The notes: generated from the letters alone by a model not told the origin. A stretch of DNA of 64,000 bases from Spirochaetia bacterium (GCA_965198005.1 CBDAOI010000001.1:160001-224000), one strand, 5' to 3'. Counted from the stretch's first letter, positions 1-10,787 are shown. Numbers and translations are program-made.

Positions 1-265
1 GAGCCGCGACACCCGCCAGGGGATGATGAACGGCCACATCCGGGTGGGCAAGGAGTATCCCGACGTCGACCAGCTCCTTCTGTATTCGGTGGGACTGCAG
101 GATCAGGAGTTCGTCGTGGTGTACGAGACCGACGATCTGCCCCGCTTCTCGGATCTGGTGAATCGACTGCGCAGCACAGAAGCGCGCGCGTACACGGAAC
201 GGGACACGCCGCTGTACACCGCGCTCCACCATCCGCACGGGGGCGCCCTGGAGCTGTTCGCGTGA
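1..265 (+). CDS. chdC: Chlorite dismutase-family protein, probable coproheme decarboxylase (5' partial)
   Basis: C-terminal motif YSVGLQDQEFVVVYETDDL...LRSTEARAYTERDTP; lies directly upstream of hemE/hemH. Confidence 0.75.
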   Translation, partial: SRDTRQGMMNGHIRVGKEYPDVDQLLLYSVGLQDQEFVVVYETDDLPRFSDLVNRLRSTEARAYTERDTPLYTALHHPHGGALELFA

Positions 266-338
266 CCGGCGGCGCAGCTCGTCACGGCGTGGCCGGTCGC
301 AGCACCGCTCGTCGCAGTTCGGCTCGTCGCGGCGCGGC

Positions 339-1409
339 GTGAGCGCGACCGCGCCCCTGCTGGACGCCTGCCGGCGCCGGCCGGTGGCCCGCGTTCCGAT
401 CTGGCTCATGCGCCAGGCGGGGCGCTACCTGCCCGAATACCGTGCCCTGCGCGCGGCGCACGGCATCCTGGAGATCATCGGCAATCCCGAGCTTGCGGCC
501 ACCGTCACGCTGCAACCGCTCCGCCGGTTCGACCTGGACGCTGCGATCATCTTCGCCGACATCCTGCCGCCGCTGACCGGCATGGGGCTGGAGTTGTCGT
601 TCGGCGCCGGCACCAGCCCCCGGATCCACAACCCGATCCGCTCCGCGGCGGAGGTCCGGGCGCTGCGGGTTCCGGACCCGCGCGAATACCTGGCGCCGAC
701 GCTGCGCGCCCTGGAGTTGGTGCGTGCCGCCCTGCCGCACCCGGTTGCCCTGCTCGGCTTTGCCGGCGCGCCGTTCACGCTGGCCACGTACGCGATCGAA
801 GGCTCCTCCTCGCGCCACTTCGCCCGCACCAAGCGGCTGATGTTCGAGCAGCCGGCCGCGTGGCGCACGCTGATGAGCAAGCTGACCCGCTTGGTGACCG
901 CCTATCTGACCGCCCAGGTGGAAGCGGGCGCACAGGCGGTGCAGGTGTTCGACAGTTGGGCCGGCACGCTGGGCAGGACGGATTTTCGCGCCCAGGTCCT
1001 GCCATGGGCGCGGCAGGTATGCGCCGCCGTGGCGCGCACCGGCGCCCCGGTGATCTACTTCAGCACCGGCACCGGTGGGCTGCTGGACGACTTGGCGACC
1101 CTGGGCTGCGACGTGCTGAGCGTGGACTGGCGGGTGGACCTGGGCGCGGCCCGCCGCCGCCTGCCGCGGTCGATGGCGCTGCAGGGCAACCTGGAACCGG
1201 CGCTCCTGCTCGGGCCGCCCGCGTTGCTGCGCGCGCGCGCGCGCTCGGTGCTGGCCGCGGCCGCCGATGCGCCGGGCTTCATCTTCAATCTCGGGCACGG
1301 GGTGCCGCCGGAGACCCCGCCGGAGGCGGTGGCGCAGCTCGTGGACGAGGTGCACGCCGCACGGCCGGGGTCTGCGGAACCGCGCCCGGCGGCGCTCCCG
1401 CCAGCATGA
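339..1409 (+). CDS. hemE: Uroporphyrinogen decarboxylase
   Basis: PIWLMRQAGRYLPEY, DAAIIFADIL, QVFDSWAG and IFNLGHG motifs. Confidence 0.97.
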   Translation: MSATAPLLDACRRRPVARVPIWLMRQAGRYLPEYRALRAAHGILEIIGNPELAATVTLQPLRRFDLDAAIIFADILPPLTGMGLELSFGAGTSPRIHNPIRSAAEVRALRVPDPREYLAPTLRALELVRAALPHPVALLGFAGAPFTLATYAIEGSSSRHFARTKRLMFEQPAAWRTLMSKLTRLVTAYLTAQVEAGAQAVQVFDSWAGTLGRTDFRAQVLPWARQVCAAVARTGAPVIYFSTGTGGLLDDLATLGCDVLSVDWRVDLGAARRRLPRSMALQGNLEPALLLGPPALLRARARSVLAAAADAPGFIFNLGHGVPPETPPEAVAQLVDEVHAARPGSAEPRPAALPPA

Positions 1410-2347
1410 CCCGCGACCCGGGCGGCCCCCTCGGCGTGGTGGTGATGGCCTACGGCGGGCCCGACTCCCTGGACGAGGTCGCCCCCTACCTGCTCGACAT
1501 CCGCGGCGGGCGCCCGACCCCGCCGGAGCTGATCGCGGAGGTACGCGAGCGCTACCGCCGGATCGGCGGCCGGTCACCGCTGCGCGCCGTTACCGAAGCC
1601 CAGGCCCGCGCCTTGGAGATGGAGCTGCAGGCGCGCGGCAACGCGGTCGCCGTAACCGTCGGCATGCGCCATTGGAAGCCGCGCATCGCGGAAGCCGTGG
1701 CGCACCTCGCTGGGCGCGGCGTGCGCGCGGCGGTGGCGGTGGCCATGGCTCCGCACTACGCGCGGCGCAGCGTCGGCGAGTACCACCGGCAGGTGCAGGC
1801 CGCCTGCGGCGCGCTGCCGGCGGCCCCGCGCTTCGCCTTCGTCTCGCACTACTGCGACCACCCGCGGTTCGTGGCCGCGGTGGCGCGCGACCTGCGCCGG
1901 GTGCGGGCGGGCCTGGCCGATCCCGAACGGGTCCGGGTGCTGTTTTCCGCCCACAGCCTGCCGGCGGCGTGGCTCGAGGAGGGCGACCCGTACGTGGCGC
2001 AGCTCCGGGAGTCGGCGGCGGCGGTCGCCGCCCGCGCCGGCCTGCCCGCCGGGAGCTGGCGGCAGTGCTTCCAGTCCGCCGGCGCCCGGCCGGGCGCGTG
2101 GCTGGGCCCTTCCCTGACCGCGGAGCTGCACGCTGCCGCGCGGTCCGGCGTGCCGGCCGTGCTCGTAGTGCCGTTCGGGTTCGTAGCCGATCACGTGGAG
2201 GTGCTGTACGACATCGACCTCGAGCTGCGCGAGCTGGGAGCGACCCTCGGCGTGGCGGTGGCGCGCACGCCCGCCCTCGGCACCGATCCGGACCTGATCG
2301 CAGCCGTGGCCGACCGAGTCTTGGATGCGGCCAGCACCGTACGATAG
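1406..2347 (+). CDS. hemH: Ferrochelatase (probably coproporphyrin ferrochelatase CpfC)
   Basis: MAYGGP, GMRHWKP, LFSAHSLP and FVADHVEVLYDID motifs; ATGA overlap with hemE. Confidence 0.95.
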   Translation: MTRDPGGPLGVVVMAYGGPDSLDEVAPYLLDIRGGRPTPPELIAEVRERYRRIGGRSPLRAVTEAQARALEMELQARGNAVAVTVGMRHWKPRIAEAVAHLAGRGVRAAVAVAMAPHYARRSVGEYHRQVQAACGALPAAPRFAFVSHYCDHPRFVAAVARDLRRVRAGLADPERVRVLFSAHSLPAAWLEEGDPYVAQLRESAAAVAARAGLPAGSWRQCFQSAGARPGAWLGPSLTAELHAAARSGVPAVLVVPFGFVADHVEVLYDIDLELRELGATLGVAVARTPALGTDPDLIAAVADRVLDAASTVR

Positions 2348-2587
2348 CTCTGATTGTAGTTGGGGAACGAACGAATCCGGTTGAAGGCGAACCGGTAGTC
2401 TGATAGTATCGGATGGAGTTCTCACGACTGAGCCGCGGCATCCCATTGTGTTGTATTGCTGAACACAGCCATTCTGGAGCGACTGTCCTGGACATATCCG
2501 ACTCACGCAGCCGCTCTCGTCGATGGTTCCGCCTGCCTCGGAAGGTTCGCGAGGGGCCAAAATGGAAATACTGGAGGGAGACAGAAG

Positions 2588-3654
2588 ATGAAGTCGCTTG
2601 AGGGCATGGATCTCATTGATCGGATGCGAGAGATTGCGAACCGAATGCGTGCGCGACTGGACAAGATAGAGACGGAAGAAGCAACAAAAAACGCTCTGGT
2701 GATGCCGTTCATTAAAGAAGTGCTCGGTTACAACGTCTTCGATCCTTCAGAGGTTGTGCCCGAGTTCACCGCTGACATCGGCACGAAGAAGGGTGAGAAG
2801 GTGGACTACGCACTCCTCCAAGACGATAAGCCGGTCATGCTTTTCGAATGCAAGCGCTACGACTCGAACCTGGATACCGAGCCGGCATCGCAACTCTACC
2901 GTTACTTCAGTGTTACTCCGGCACGTTTCGGCGTCCTGACGGACGGCATCATCTATTGAACAAAATGGATAGCAAGCCGTTCTTCGAGATCAACATGTTG
3001 GACTTCAACGAAGCGGAGGTTGAGGAGCTTCGGCGTTTTTCCAAGACATCGTACAACCTGGAGCAGATCCTCAGCACCGCGAAGGACTTGAAGTACTCCC
3101 GTGAGATCAAGAGGCTCTTGGCCAGCGAGTGGTCGGAGCCGTCTGAGAGTTTTGTCCGCTATGTCGCTGGGCAGGTGTACGATGGGCCCAGGACGAAAGC
3201 TATCATCGACCAGTTTAGCCGGATCACTAAGAAGGCGCTCAATCAGTTCTTGGCCGACCGGATCAACGACCGACTCACTTCGGCGTTGCACGGGGAGGAC
3301 GTAACTGACGAGGCAGAGGAGCAAACGGGAACAGTTCCAGACGATGAGAGTGACACCATCGTCACCACTGAAGATGAGTGGCAAGGGTACTTTGCGGTCA
3401 AGGCGATCCTCTCGCCAGAAGTATCCCCGGAACGCGTGACCATCCGCGACAGAAAGAGCTACTGCACGATCCTGCTAGATGGCAGCGTCCGCAAACCTAT
3501 ATGCCGCCTGTATTTCAACAGGGCACAGAAGTACTTGGGCCTGTTCGATGGACAGTTGGAACGTCTGCCGGTTGATTCCGTGAATGACATCTTTCAGTAT
3601 TCAGCGCGGCTGCTGGCAACGGTTCAAGGATACGACAACGACGTCGATAGGTAG
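2588..3654 (+). pseudogene. Type I restriction HsdR N-terminal-domain protein, split by a short deletion/frameshift at about 2956
   Basis: TEEATKNALVMPFI...GEKVDYA...FECK...QLYRYF...GVLTDG stops at 2959; homology resumes in another frame (NKMDSKPF...KPICRLYFN); lower GC than its neighbours. Confidence 0.8.
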
Positions 3655-3829
3655 ATACTGTTCAGGGAATCGGAGCGGCCACACGATACTACCAGCCGCT
3701 CCAACCAAGACTCGCTTCCGGAGGAACTTCAAGTCACCGTTGTGATGGAATGAACCACATATCGCGCAAGAATACGGCGCAGCGCGTCAGCTTGCCGTCA
3801 CCGAACAAACACGACCGTGAGCAAAGCTC

Positions 3830-5251
3830 ATGGCCGTGCCGCGGGTAGTGGTGATCGGCGGTGGCATTACCGGTCTGGCCACCGCCTTCTACCTGCAGCG
3901 GGCCGCGGCCGGAGGCGCCCGCCCCCGGTGGGAGGTCGTGGTGCTGGAGGCGGCGCGGCAGGCCGGCGGCAAGCTGCGGACCGAGCAGGGCGCCGGGTTT
4001 CTGGTCGAAGCCGGGCCCGACTCGTTTCTCACTTCCAAGCCGGCCGCGGTGGAGTTGTGCCGCGAGGTGGGGCTGGAGCCGGCGCTGATTCCGCAGCAAC
4101 CGCCCCGTGGGGCGTACGTGCTGCGCCGCGGCCGCCTGGTCCCGATTCCGGCCGGCATGCGCCTGGTCCATCCCACCCGCCCGTGGCCCTTCCTGCGCTC
4201 GCCGCTGCTCTCGCTGCCCGGCCGGCTGCGGGCGCTGCTGCACCCGCTGACCGGACGCCCGCAGACTCCCGGCGACGAGAGTGTCGGCTCGTTCGTGCAG
4301 CGCCGCTACGGGGCGGAAATGTTGCGCGTGCTCGGTGAACCGCTGCTGGCCGGGATCCACTTGGCCGACCCGTGGCAGTTGAGTCTGGCCGCGACCTTCC
4401 CGGCCCTGCGCGCCAGCGCCGGGAAAGCCGCCGCGCCGCCCCCTGCCCCGCCCCCTGCCCCACTCCCGCCGCACCTGCGCGGCAGCCCGTTCGCGAGTCT
4501 TGCCGGCGGTATGGACGAGTTGGTCAGCAAGCTTTGCGCCTGCCTGGGCGACGCGCTGCGGACCGCGGCGCCGGTGGCGGAAGTCGCCGGCGCCGGCGGC
4601 GGCTACCGCATCCGCCTGCGGTCGCAGCCGGACCCGCTGGCGGCGGCGGCGGTGGTGATCACCACTCCCGCCGCCGCCGCCGGGCGCATCGTCACGCGCC
4701 TCAACCCGCGGCTGGCCGGGCTCCTGTCCGGCAGCGACGCCGTGTCTTCGGCAGTCGTCACCCTCGGGTTCGCGGACACCGGCGCGCGGTCGGTGCCCGG
4801 CCGGCGCGGACTGCGCGGTTCGGGGTTCGTGGTGCCGCGCGGCGAAGGCAGCGAGTTGCTGGCCTGCACCTGGAGCTCCAGCAAGTGGGCCGGACGCGCC
4901 CCTGCCGGCGGGCTGCTGGTGCGGGCGTTCCTGGGCGGCTGGCGCCACCCCGAGCTGCTGCAGCGCGACGACGCGCACCTGATCGGGCTGGTGCAGCGCG
5001 AACTGGCCACGATCATGGGCGCCGCGCTGCCGGCCGCGCCCCCGGCGGTGACCGCCGTGCACCGGTGGCCGGCGGCGACCCCGGTGTACCGCGTCGGCCA
5101 TCGCGACTGGGTGGCGCAGGTGAACGCCGCCGCGGCCGCCACGCCGGGGCTCTGGCTGGCAGGCGCACCCTACGACGGGGTCGGCATTCCCGACTGCGTG
5201 CGCCAAGCCCGACAGACCGCGGCCGCGGTGGCCGCCTTCCTGTCAGCCTGA
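3830..5251 (+). CDS. hemY: Protoporphyrinogen/coproporphyrinogen oxidase (HemY/CgoX type)
   Basis: VIGGGITGL FAD motif, EAGPDSF, SSKWAGRAP and YDGVGIPDCV. Confidence 0.93.
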   Translation: MAVPRVVVIGGGITGLATAFYLQRAAAGGARPRWEVVVLEAARQAGGKLRTEQGAGFLVEAGPDSFLTSKPAAVELCREVGLEPALIPQQPPRGAYVLRRGRLVPIPAGMRLVHPTRPWPFLRSPLLSLPGRLRALLHPLTGRPQTPGDESVGSFVQRRYGAEMLRVLGEPLLAGIHLADPWQLSLAATFPALRASAGKAAAPPPAPPPAPLPPHLRGSPFASLAGGMDELVSKLCACLGDALRTAAPVAEVAGAGGGYRIRLRSQPDPLAAAAVVITTPAAAAGRIVTRLNPRLAGLLSGSDAVSSAVVTLGFADTGARSVPGRRGLRGSGFVVPRGEGSELLACTWSSSKWAGRAPAGGLLVRAFLGGWRHPELLQRDDAHLIGLVQRELATIMGAALPAAPPAVTAVHRWPAATPVYRVGHRDWVAQVNAAAAATPGLWLAGAPYDGVGIPDCVRQARQTAAAVAAFLSA

Positions 5252-5439
5252 CCGCACCTGCCCCACGTGAGCCGGGTGCGCGGCTGACCATCAGCGCCGG
5301 TGTAGCGGCACGTCACCGGCTCTTCATCATGTCCATCATGTCCCATGAAGCGCCGGTGAAGCATCGGCGACCGCACGCAGTTATCGGGAGTACGGCAACG
5401 CCGATGCTGTACGACGCCGCACCCGTCGCGGGGAGATAC

Positions 5440-6048
5440 GTAACCGTGGTGGACCACCTCGAAGTCGAACCGCGCCGTGTGCCCCAGACGCCTCCAGTCC
5501 GCCCCGCCCACCCGCACTTCGCACTCCAACGCGGGCACGCGCCGTGGCCGTGCACCCAGAAGCCGCGCGCACGTACCGGTCGCTCCATCGGCCCCTACCA
5601 CAAACCGAGCGCTCACTTCTTCCCCGGCTTCCGTTCCGAGGGTCACGCACCCGGCCGCCGGACCCGGACCCAACCGCTCCACGGCGGCCACCATCAAACG
5701 CGCGCCCGCCCGCACCGCGGCACGGACCAGGGCCGCGTCGAAGCTGGCCCGCATCACCAGGTAGATCGGAGGCCGGCGCGGCTCGATCACGGTCTCGGTC
5801 CCGCGGCGCAGCAACCCGACGGCGATCCGCCGGCACACCGCCTCGACCGCCTCGACCAGCAGCGCAGCCCGTACGTCGGGCGGCAGGGGTTGCAGCGCAC
5901 GCCGCACCACCCCGCCGCCGCAGGTCTTGGAGCGTGGCGGCGCCCGGCGTTCCAGCAGCACCACGCGCAGTCCGCCCCGCGCCAGATGCAGGGCCGCCGT
6001 GGCGCCCGCGGGGCCGGCGCCGACCACCGCCACGTCGCAGCAGGTCAT
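5440..6048 (-). pseudogene. Geranylgeranyl reductase-family FAD oxidoreductase, C-terminally truncated
   Basis: DVAVVGAGPAG, KTCGGG, RASFD and VGADG motifs; family-like sequence ends after FDFEVVHHGY. Confidence 0.7.
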
Positions 6049-6758
6049 CGCGCCACCAGCTCCGCGATCGCGTGCACGATACGGTCCGGCCGCACCGGAG
6101 CGTCCGCCGGCAGTCCGCGCCGGCGGCTGTCCACCCACACCGTGTGCAGGCCCAGAGCCAAGCCGCCGGCGATGTCCTTCGCCAGATCGTCGCCCACCAT
6201 CCAGGCGTCCGCGGCGGTCGCGCCCAGGCTGGCCAGCGCGTGCTCGAACACCGCCCGGCCCGGCTTGCCGCTGCCGAACTCGCCTTCCACCACCACCACG
6301 TCGAACCGGGACGCCAACTCCACCCGCGCGATCTTGGCGCGCTGGCCGGCCGCCTCGCCGTTGGTCACCAGCCCAAGCGCCACCCCGTGGCGGCGCAACT
6401 CGCCGAGCGTCTCCAACGCCCCAGGGAACGGTCGCAGCAGCCGCACCCGCTCCGCCACCACGAACGGGCCGACCCAGTGCGAGATGCCGTCGTCCGGCAC
6501 CCCGAGTTGCCGCAGACCGCGGCGCGCGATGCAGGTTCGCGCCCCGGCCTGGTCGAGCCGGCCCCAGTCCTGGCGGTCCGGCGCCTGCCAGAACCAGCGG
6601 TCGGCGGCCTGGAACTCCGCGAACGCCCGCTCCCGGTCCAGGCCATGGGTGCGCTCGATCCGGGCGGCTGCTTCCTGCCAGGCACCGAGCGCCGCCCGGT
6701 GGGTATCGACCACGGTATCGTCCAGGTCGAACAGGATGGCGCCGGGCAGGGCATTCAC
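6045..6758 (-). CDS. HAD-family hydrolase
   Basis: FDLDDT, LVTNG, GKP and MVGDDLAKDI motifs. Confidence 0.9.
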   Translation of the reverse strand: MNALPGAILFDLDDTVVDTHRAALGAWQEAAARIERTHGLDRERAFAEFQAADRWFWQAPDRQDWGRLDQAGARTCIARRGLRQLGVPDDGISHWVGPFVVAERVRLLRPFPGALETLGELRRHGVALGLVTNGEAAGQRAKIARVELASRFDVVVVEGEFGSGKPGRAVFEHALASLGATAADAWMVGDDLAKDIAGGLALGLHTVWVDSRRRGLPADAPVRPDRIVHAIAELVAR

Positions 6759-6900
6759 GCTCCCACCCTAGACAACGCGGCCGCCGTTGGCAACGCCCGC
6801 CCATCGGCCCGCTCCGCCCGACACCGCCCCCACGCGGCCTGCGAATTCGGTTGATTTTTTCGGCAGTTGCGTCCACATTTAGATTGGGAGACAATCGGAC

Positions 6901-7368
6901 GTGTCGGTGTATCATGAGTTGGAGCACCATCCGATCGGGTCGATCACGCTCGAGCAGTCGCTTTCGGTGCGTGACACCGCCGCGGTGCGCGAGGTGGTGG
7001 CGGCCATGCATGATGCCGGGACCGACCACGCACTGGTGTTCACTGGGGAGCGCTTGGCCGGCATCTTCACCGAACGCGACCTGCTGGCCCGGACGGTGCG
7101 TCCCGACGGGCTGCCGGACGCACCGGTGCGCGACTTCATGACCCCGGATCCGACCGTCCTGGAAGCGTCGCACGCGGTCAGTCTGGCCCTGGAACCGATG
7201 GCCAGAAGGCGCTACCGCCACCTGCCCATCGTGAACGGCCAGCGCGAGTTCATCGGGGTCCTGACCGCCCACAATCTGTTCCAGTTTCTGGCCGAGATGC
7301 TGCCCGACCGGATCCTCAACCTGCCGCCCCGGCCGCATCAGACCCTGCAGGCGCCGGAGGGAGCATGA
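6901..7368 (+). CDS. CBS-domain protein
   Basis: GIFTERDLL...FMTPDP...RHLPIV CBS pair; overlaps the korA start. Confidence 0.9.
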   Translation: MSVYHELEHHPIGSITLEQSLSVRDTAAVREVVAAMHDAGTDHALVFTGERLAGIFTERDLLARTVRPDGLPDAPVRDFMTPDPTVLEASHAVSLALEPMARRRYRHLPIVNGQREFIGVLTAHNLFQFLAEMLPDRILNLPPRPHQTLQAPEGA

Positions 7369-9233
7369 TCACCGCCCAGCGAACCACGGTCGACCGCGTT
7401 ACCGTGCGCTTCGCGGGCGACTCGGGCGACGGCCTGCAGGTGATCGGGTCGCAGCTCACCAACACCTCCGCGGTGCTGGGCAACGACCTCGCGACCCTGC
7501 CCGACTTTCCGGCCGAGATTCGCGCCCCGGCCGGAACCCTGCCGGGGGTGAGCGCCTTCCAGATCAGCTTCGCCAGCGAAGACATCCACACGCCCGGAGA
7601 CATGCCCGACGTGCTGGTGGCGCTCAACCCGGCGGCCTTGAAGGCCAACCTGGCCGAGATTCCCGAGGGCGGCACGCTGATCGTGAACGAGGACGCCTTC
7701 ACCGCCCAGGGGCTGAGCAAGGCCGGTTACGAGCAGAATCCGCTTACCGACGACTCCCTGAGCGCATTTCGGCTAATTCCGCTGCCGATCACCTCGCAGA
7801 ACCAGCGCGCGCTGGCGCACCTGAAGCTGAGCCCGCGCGAGGCGGGGCGGTGCAAGAACTTCTACGCGTTGGGCATCGTGTACTGGCTCTACGACCGCAC
7901 GCTCGACCCGACGTTGCGCTGGTTCAAGCAGAAATGGGGCTCGCGCCCCGCGGTCGTCGCCGCCAACAGCGCCGCGCTCACGGCAGGCTACGCCTTCGCG
8001 GACACCACCGAACTGTTCACCACCGCCTATTCGGTGCCGGCCGCCGACCTGCCCGCCGGCACCTATCGCAACATCACCGGCAACCACGCGACGGCGCTCG
8101 GCTGCATCACCGCCGGCCATCTCGCCGACCGCCCGCTGTTCTACGCCAGCTACCCGATCACCCCTGCCAGCTCGATCCTGCACGAGCTGGCGCGCCACCG
8201 GAACCTGGGAGTCGTCACCTTCCAGGCCGAGGACGAGATCGCCGCGATCGGCGCCGCCATCGGGGCGGCCTTCGGCGGATCGCTGGCGGTGACCGCCACC
8301 AGCGGCCCCGGGCTGGCCCTGAAGAGCGAGGCACTGGGGCTGGCGGTAGTGGTCGAGCTGCCGCTGGTGGTAATCGACGTGCAGCGCGCCGGCCCCTCCA
8401 CCGGCATGCCGACCAAGACCGAGCAGGCGGACCTGCTGCAGGCGATGTTCGGCCGCAACGGCGAGGCGCCGGTCGCCGTGGTCGCGCCCGCCACCCCCGG
8501 AGACTGCTTCGAGCTGATCATCGAGGCGTTCCGCATCGCAGTGCACTACATGACCCCGGTGCTGTTTCTTTCCGACGGCTACCTCGCCAACGGCTCGGAA
8601 CCGTGGCGCATCCCGGCAATGGACGATCTGCCCTCGATCACGGTGCAGTTCCGCACCGACCCCGACGGATTTCAGCCCTACGCCCGCGACCCGCGCACCC
8701 TGGCCCGGCCGTGGGCGATTCCCGGCACGCCGGGGCTGGAACATCGCGTGGGCGGCTTGGCCAAGGCCGACGTTACCGGTAACGTAAGCTACGATCCCGA
8801 GAACAACGAGCGCATGGTCCGCTTGCGGGCGCGCAAGATCGCCGCGATTGCCGACAGCATCCCGGACGTCGCGGTGCACGGCCCGCAATCGGGGCGGTTG
8901 CTGGTGCTCGGCTGGGGCAGCACCTACGGCGCCATCATCACCGCGTGCGAGAAGCTGCGCGCGCAGGGAGTGGCGGTAGCCAACGCCCATCTCCGGTACC
9001 TGAACCCGTTTCCGTCCAACCTGGGCGACGTGCTGAGGCGATTCGAGCAGGTGCTGATTCCCGAACTGAACCGGGGTCAGCTCCGGCTCCTGATCGCCGA
9101 CACGTTCGGGGTCAACGCGCACCGGCTGTCCAAGATCAAGGGCAAGCCGTTTCTGGTGCGCGAGATTCAGGATGCCGTCGTCGAGGAGTTGGCGGCGCCC
9201 GCAACCAACGGCAACCGTGGAGGTATGAAGTGA
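7365..9233 (+). CDS. korA: 2-oxoacid:ferredoxin oxidoreductase alpha subunit
   Basis: FAGDSGDG, YPITPAS, QAEDEIAA, TSGPG and QRAGPSTGMPTK. Confidence 0.95.
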   Translation: MITAQRTTVDRVTVRFAGDSGDGLQVIGSQLTNTSAVLGNDLATLPDFPAEIRAPAGTLPGVSAFQISFASEDIHTPGDMPDVLVALNPAALKANLAEIPEGGTLIVNEDAFTAQGLSKAGYEQNPLTDDSLSAFRLIPLPITSQNQRALAHLKLSPREAGRCKNFYALGIVYWLYDRTLDPTLRWFKQKWGSRPAVVAANSAALTAGYAFADTTELFTTAYSVPAADLPAGTYRNITGNHATALGCITAGHLADRPLFYASYPITPASSILHELARHRNLGVVTFQAEDEIAAIGAAIGAAFGGSLAVTATSGPGLALKSEALGLAVVVELPLVVIDVQRAGPSTGMPTKTEQADLLQAMFGRNGEAPVAVVAPATPGDCFELIIEAFRIAVHYMTPVLFLSDGYLANGSEPWRIPAMDDLPSITVQFRTDPDGFQPYARDPRTLARPWAIPGTPGLEHRVGGLAKADVTGNVSYDPENNERMVRLRARKIAAIADSIPDVAVHGPQSGRLLVLGWGSTYGAIITACEKLRAQGVAVANAHLRYLNPFPSNLGDVLRRFEQVLIPELNRGQLRLLIADTFGVNAHRLSKIKGKPFLVREIQDAVVEELAAPATNGNRGGMK

Positions 9234-10240
9234 ACGCAACGGCAGCGCCTGCCCTTACCCGCAAGGACTTCGTTTCCGATCAGGAAGTGCGCTGGTGCCC
9301 GGGGTGCGGCGACTATGCGGTCCTGGCGCAGACCCAGCGCGTGCTGCCCGAACTCGGGGTACCGCGCGAGAACATCGTGTTCATCAGCGGGATCGGCTGC
9401 TCCAGCCGCTTCCCCTACTACCTCAACACCTACGGGTTCCACTCGATTCACGGCCGGGCGCCCACCTTCGCCTCGGGATTGAAGATCACCCGCCCCGAGC
9501 TGCTGGTGTTCGTGATTACCGGCGACGGCGACGGTCTCTCGATCGGCGGCAACCACCTGATTCACGCGCTGCGGCGCAACATGGACCTGAACATCATCCT
9601 GTTCAACAACCGCATCTACGGCCTCACCAAGGGGCAGTACTCCCCGACCAGCGCGGTGGGCAAGAAGACGGTCAGCTCGCCCAGCGGCTCGATCGAGCAT
9701 CCGATCAGCCCGGCGCGCATCGCGCTGGCGGCCGAGGCCAGCTTCGTCGCCCGCACCATCGCCACCGACACCAAGCACCTGGGGGCCGTCCTCAAGCGCG
9801 CCGCCCACCACCGCGGCGGCTGCTTCGTGGAGGTCTACCAGAACTGCAACGTGTTCAACGACGGCGTGTTCGACTACGTCGCCGAACGCACGGTACGCGC
9901 CGAACGCACGGTCAACCTGGAACATGGCAAGCCGCTGATCTTCGGCAAGAATCGGGACAAGGGCATCAAGCTGGACGGGCTCAACCCGGTGGTGTGCGAC
10001 GCCGACGATCCGGACGTGCTGATCCACGACGAGACGGTGCCGAAGAACGTCCTCCCCTACCTACTGGCGCACATGTCGCCGAGCACCGGCGTGCCGCTGC
10101 CGTTCGGGGTGCTGCGCGCGGTCGACAAGCCCACCTACGAGGAGGGCATGCGCGAGCAGATCCGAGACGCGCGCGAGCGGATGGGCGACGGCGACGTGAA
10201 CGCACTCCTACGCGCAGGAGATACCTGGAACGTTGCCTGA
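9230..10240 (+). CDS. korB: 2-oxoacid:ferredoxin oxidoreductase beta subunit
   Basis: WCPGCGD, SGIGCSS and the GDGD...NNRIYGLTKGQ TPP motif; GTG start overlaps the korA stop. Confidence 0.95.
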   Translation: MNATAAPALTRKDFVSDQEVRWCPGCGDYAVLAQTQRVLPELGVPRENIVFISGIGCSSRFPYYLNTYGFHSIHGRAPTFASGLKITRPELLVFVITGDGDGLSIGGNHLIHALRRNMDLNIILFNNRIYGLTKGQYSPTSAVGKKTVSSPSGSIEHPISPARIALAAEASFVARTIATDTKHLGAVLKRAAHHRGGCFVEVYQNCNVFNDGVFDYVAERTVRAERTVNLEHGKPLIFGKNRDKGIKLDGLNPVVCDADDPDVLIHDETVPKNVLPYLLAHMSPSTGVPLPFGVLRAVDKPTYEEGMREQIRDARERMGDGDVNALLRAGDTWNVA

Positions 10241-10787
10241 CTCGAACCCGACCGACATCAGACCGGCCGACACGTTGATCTGCATCGAGTGTGGCTTCGC
10301 CAACGAGACCGGCACCGCGGAGTGCGAGGCGTGCGACGCGGATCTGTTCCGCTCCGAGCAGGTGCGCTGGCAGACCCCGTTCGACCAGCACCTGCTCGGC
10401 GACCTGGTGGACGTGCTGCAGCCGCGTACGCCGCTGCTGGTGGAGGCGCGCGCCCCGGTCACGTTCGCCGTGGAAGAGATGCGCGCGCATCACACCGGCT
10501 GCGTGCTGGTGGTGGAGAACGGAACCGTACGCGGCATCTTCACCGAGCACGACCTGCTGAGCCGCGTGCTGGCGCCGGGGCTGGCGCCGCGCGACGTGCC
10601 GCTGGACCGGGTGATGACGCCGGACCCGGTGGTGCTGCGCCGGGATGACAGCCTGGCGGTGGCGATCAACAAGATGGTGGTCGGGTCGTTCCTGCACATC
10701 CCCCTGGTCGACCCCGCCGGCCGGATCGACGGCATCGTGTCGGCGCGCGACCTGCTCACGCGGCTGTACGACTTGATTCAGCTCTGA
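10233..10787 (+). CDS. CBS-domain protein with N-terminal zinc ribbon
   Basis: CIECG...CEAC followed by a CBS pair (GIFTEHDLL, VMTPDP). Confidence 0.88.
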   Translation: MPDSNPTDIRPADTLICIECGFANETGTAECEACDADLFRSEQVRWQTPFDQHLLGDLVDVLQPRTPLLVEARAPVTFAVEEMRAHHTGCVLVVENGTVRGIFTEHDLLSRVLAPGLAPRDVPLDRVMTPDPVVLRRDDSLAVAINKMVVGSFLHIPLVDPAGRIDGIVSARDLLTRLYDLIQL

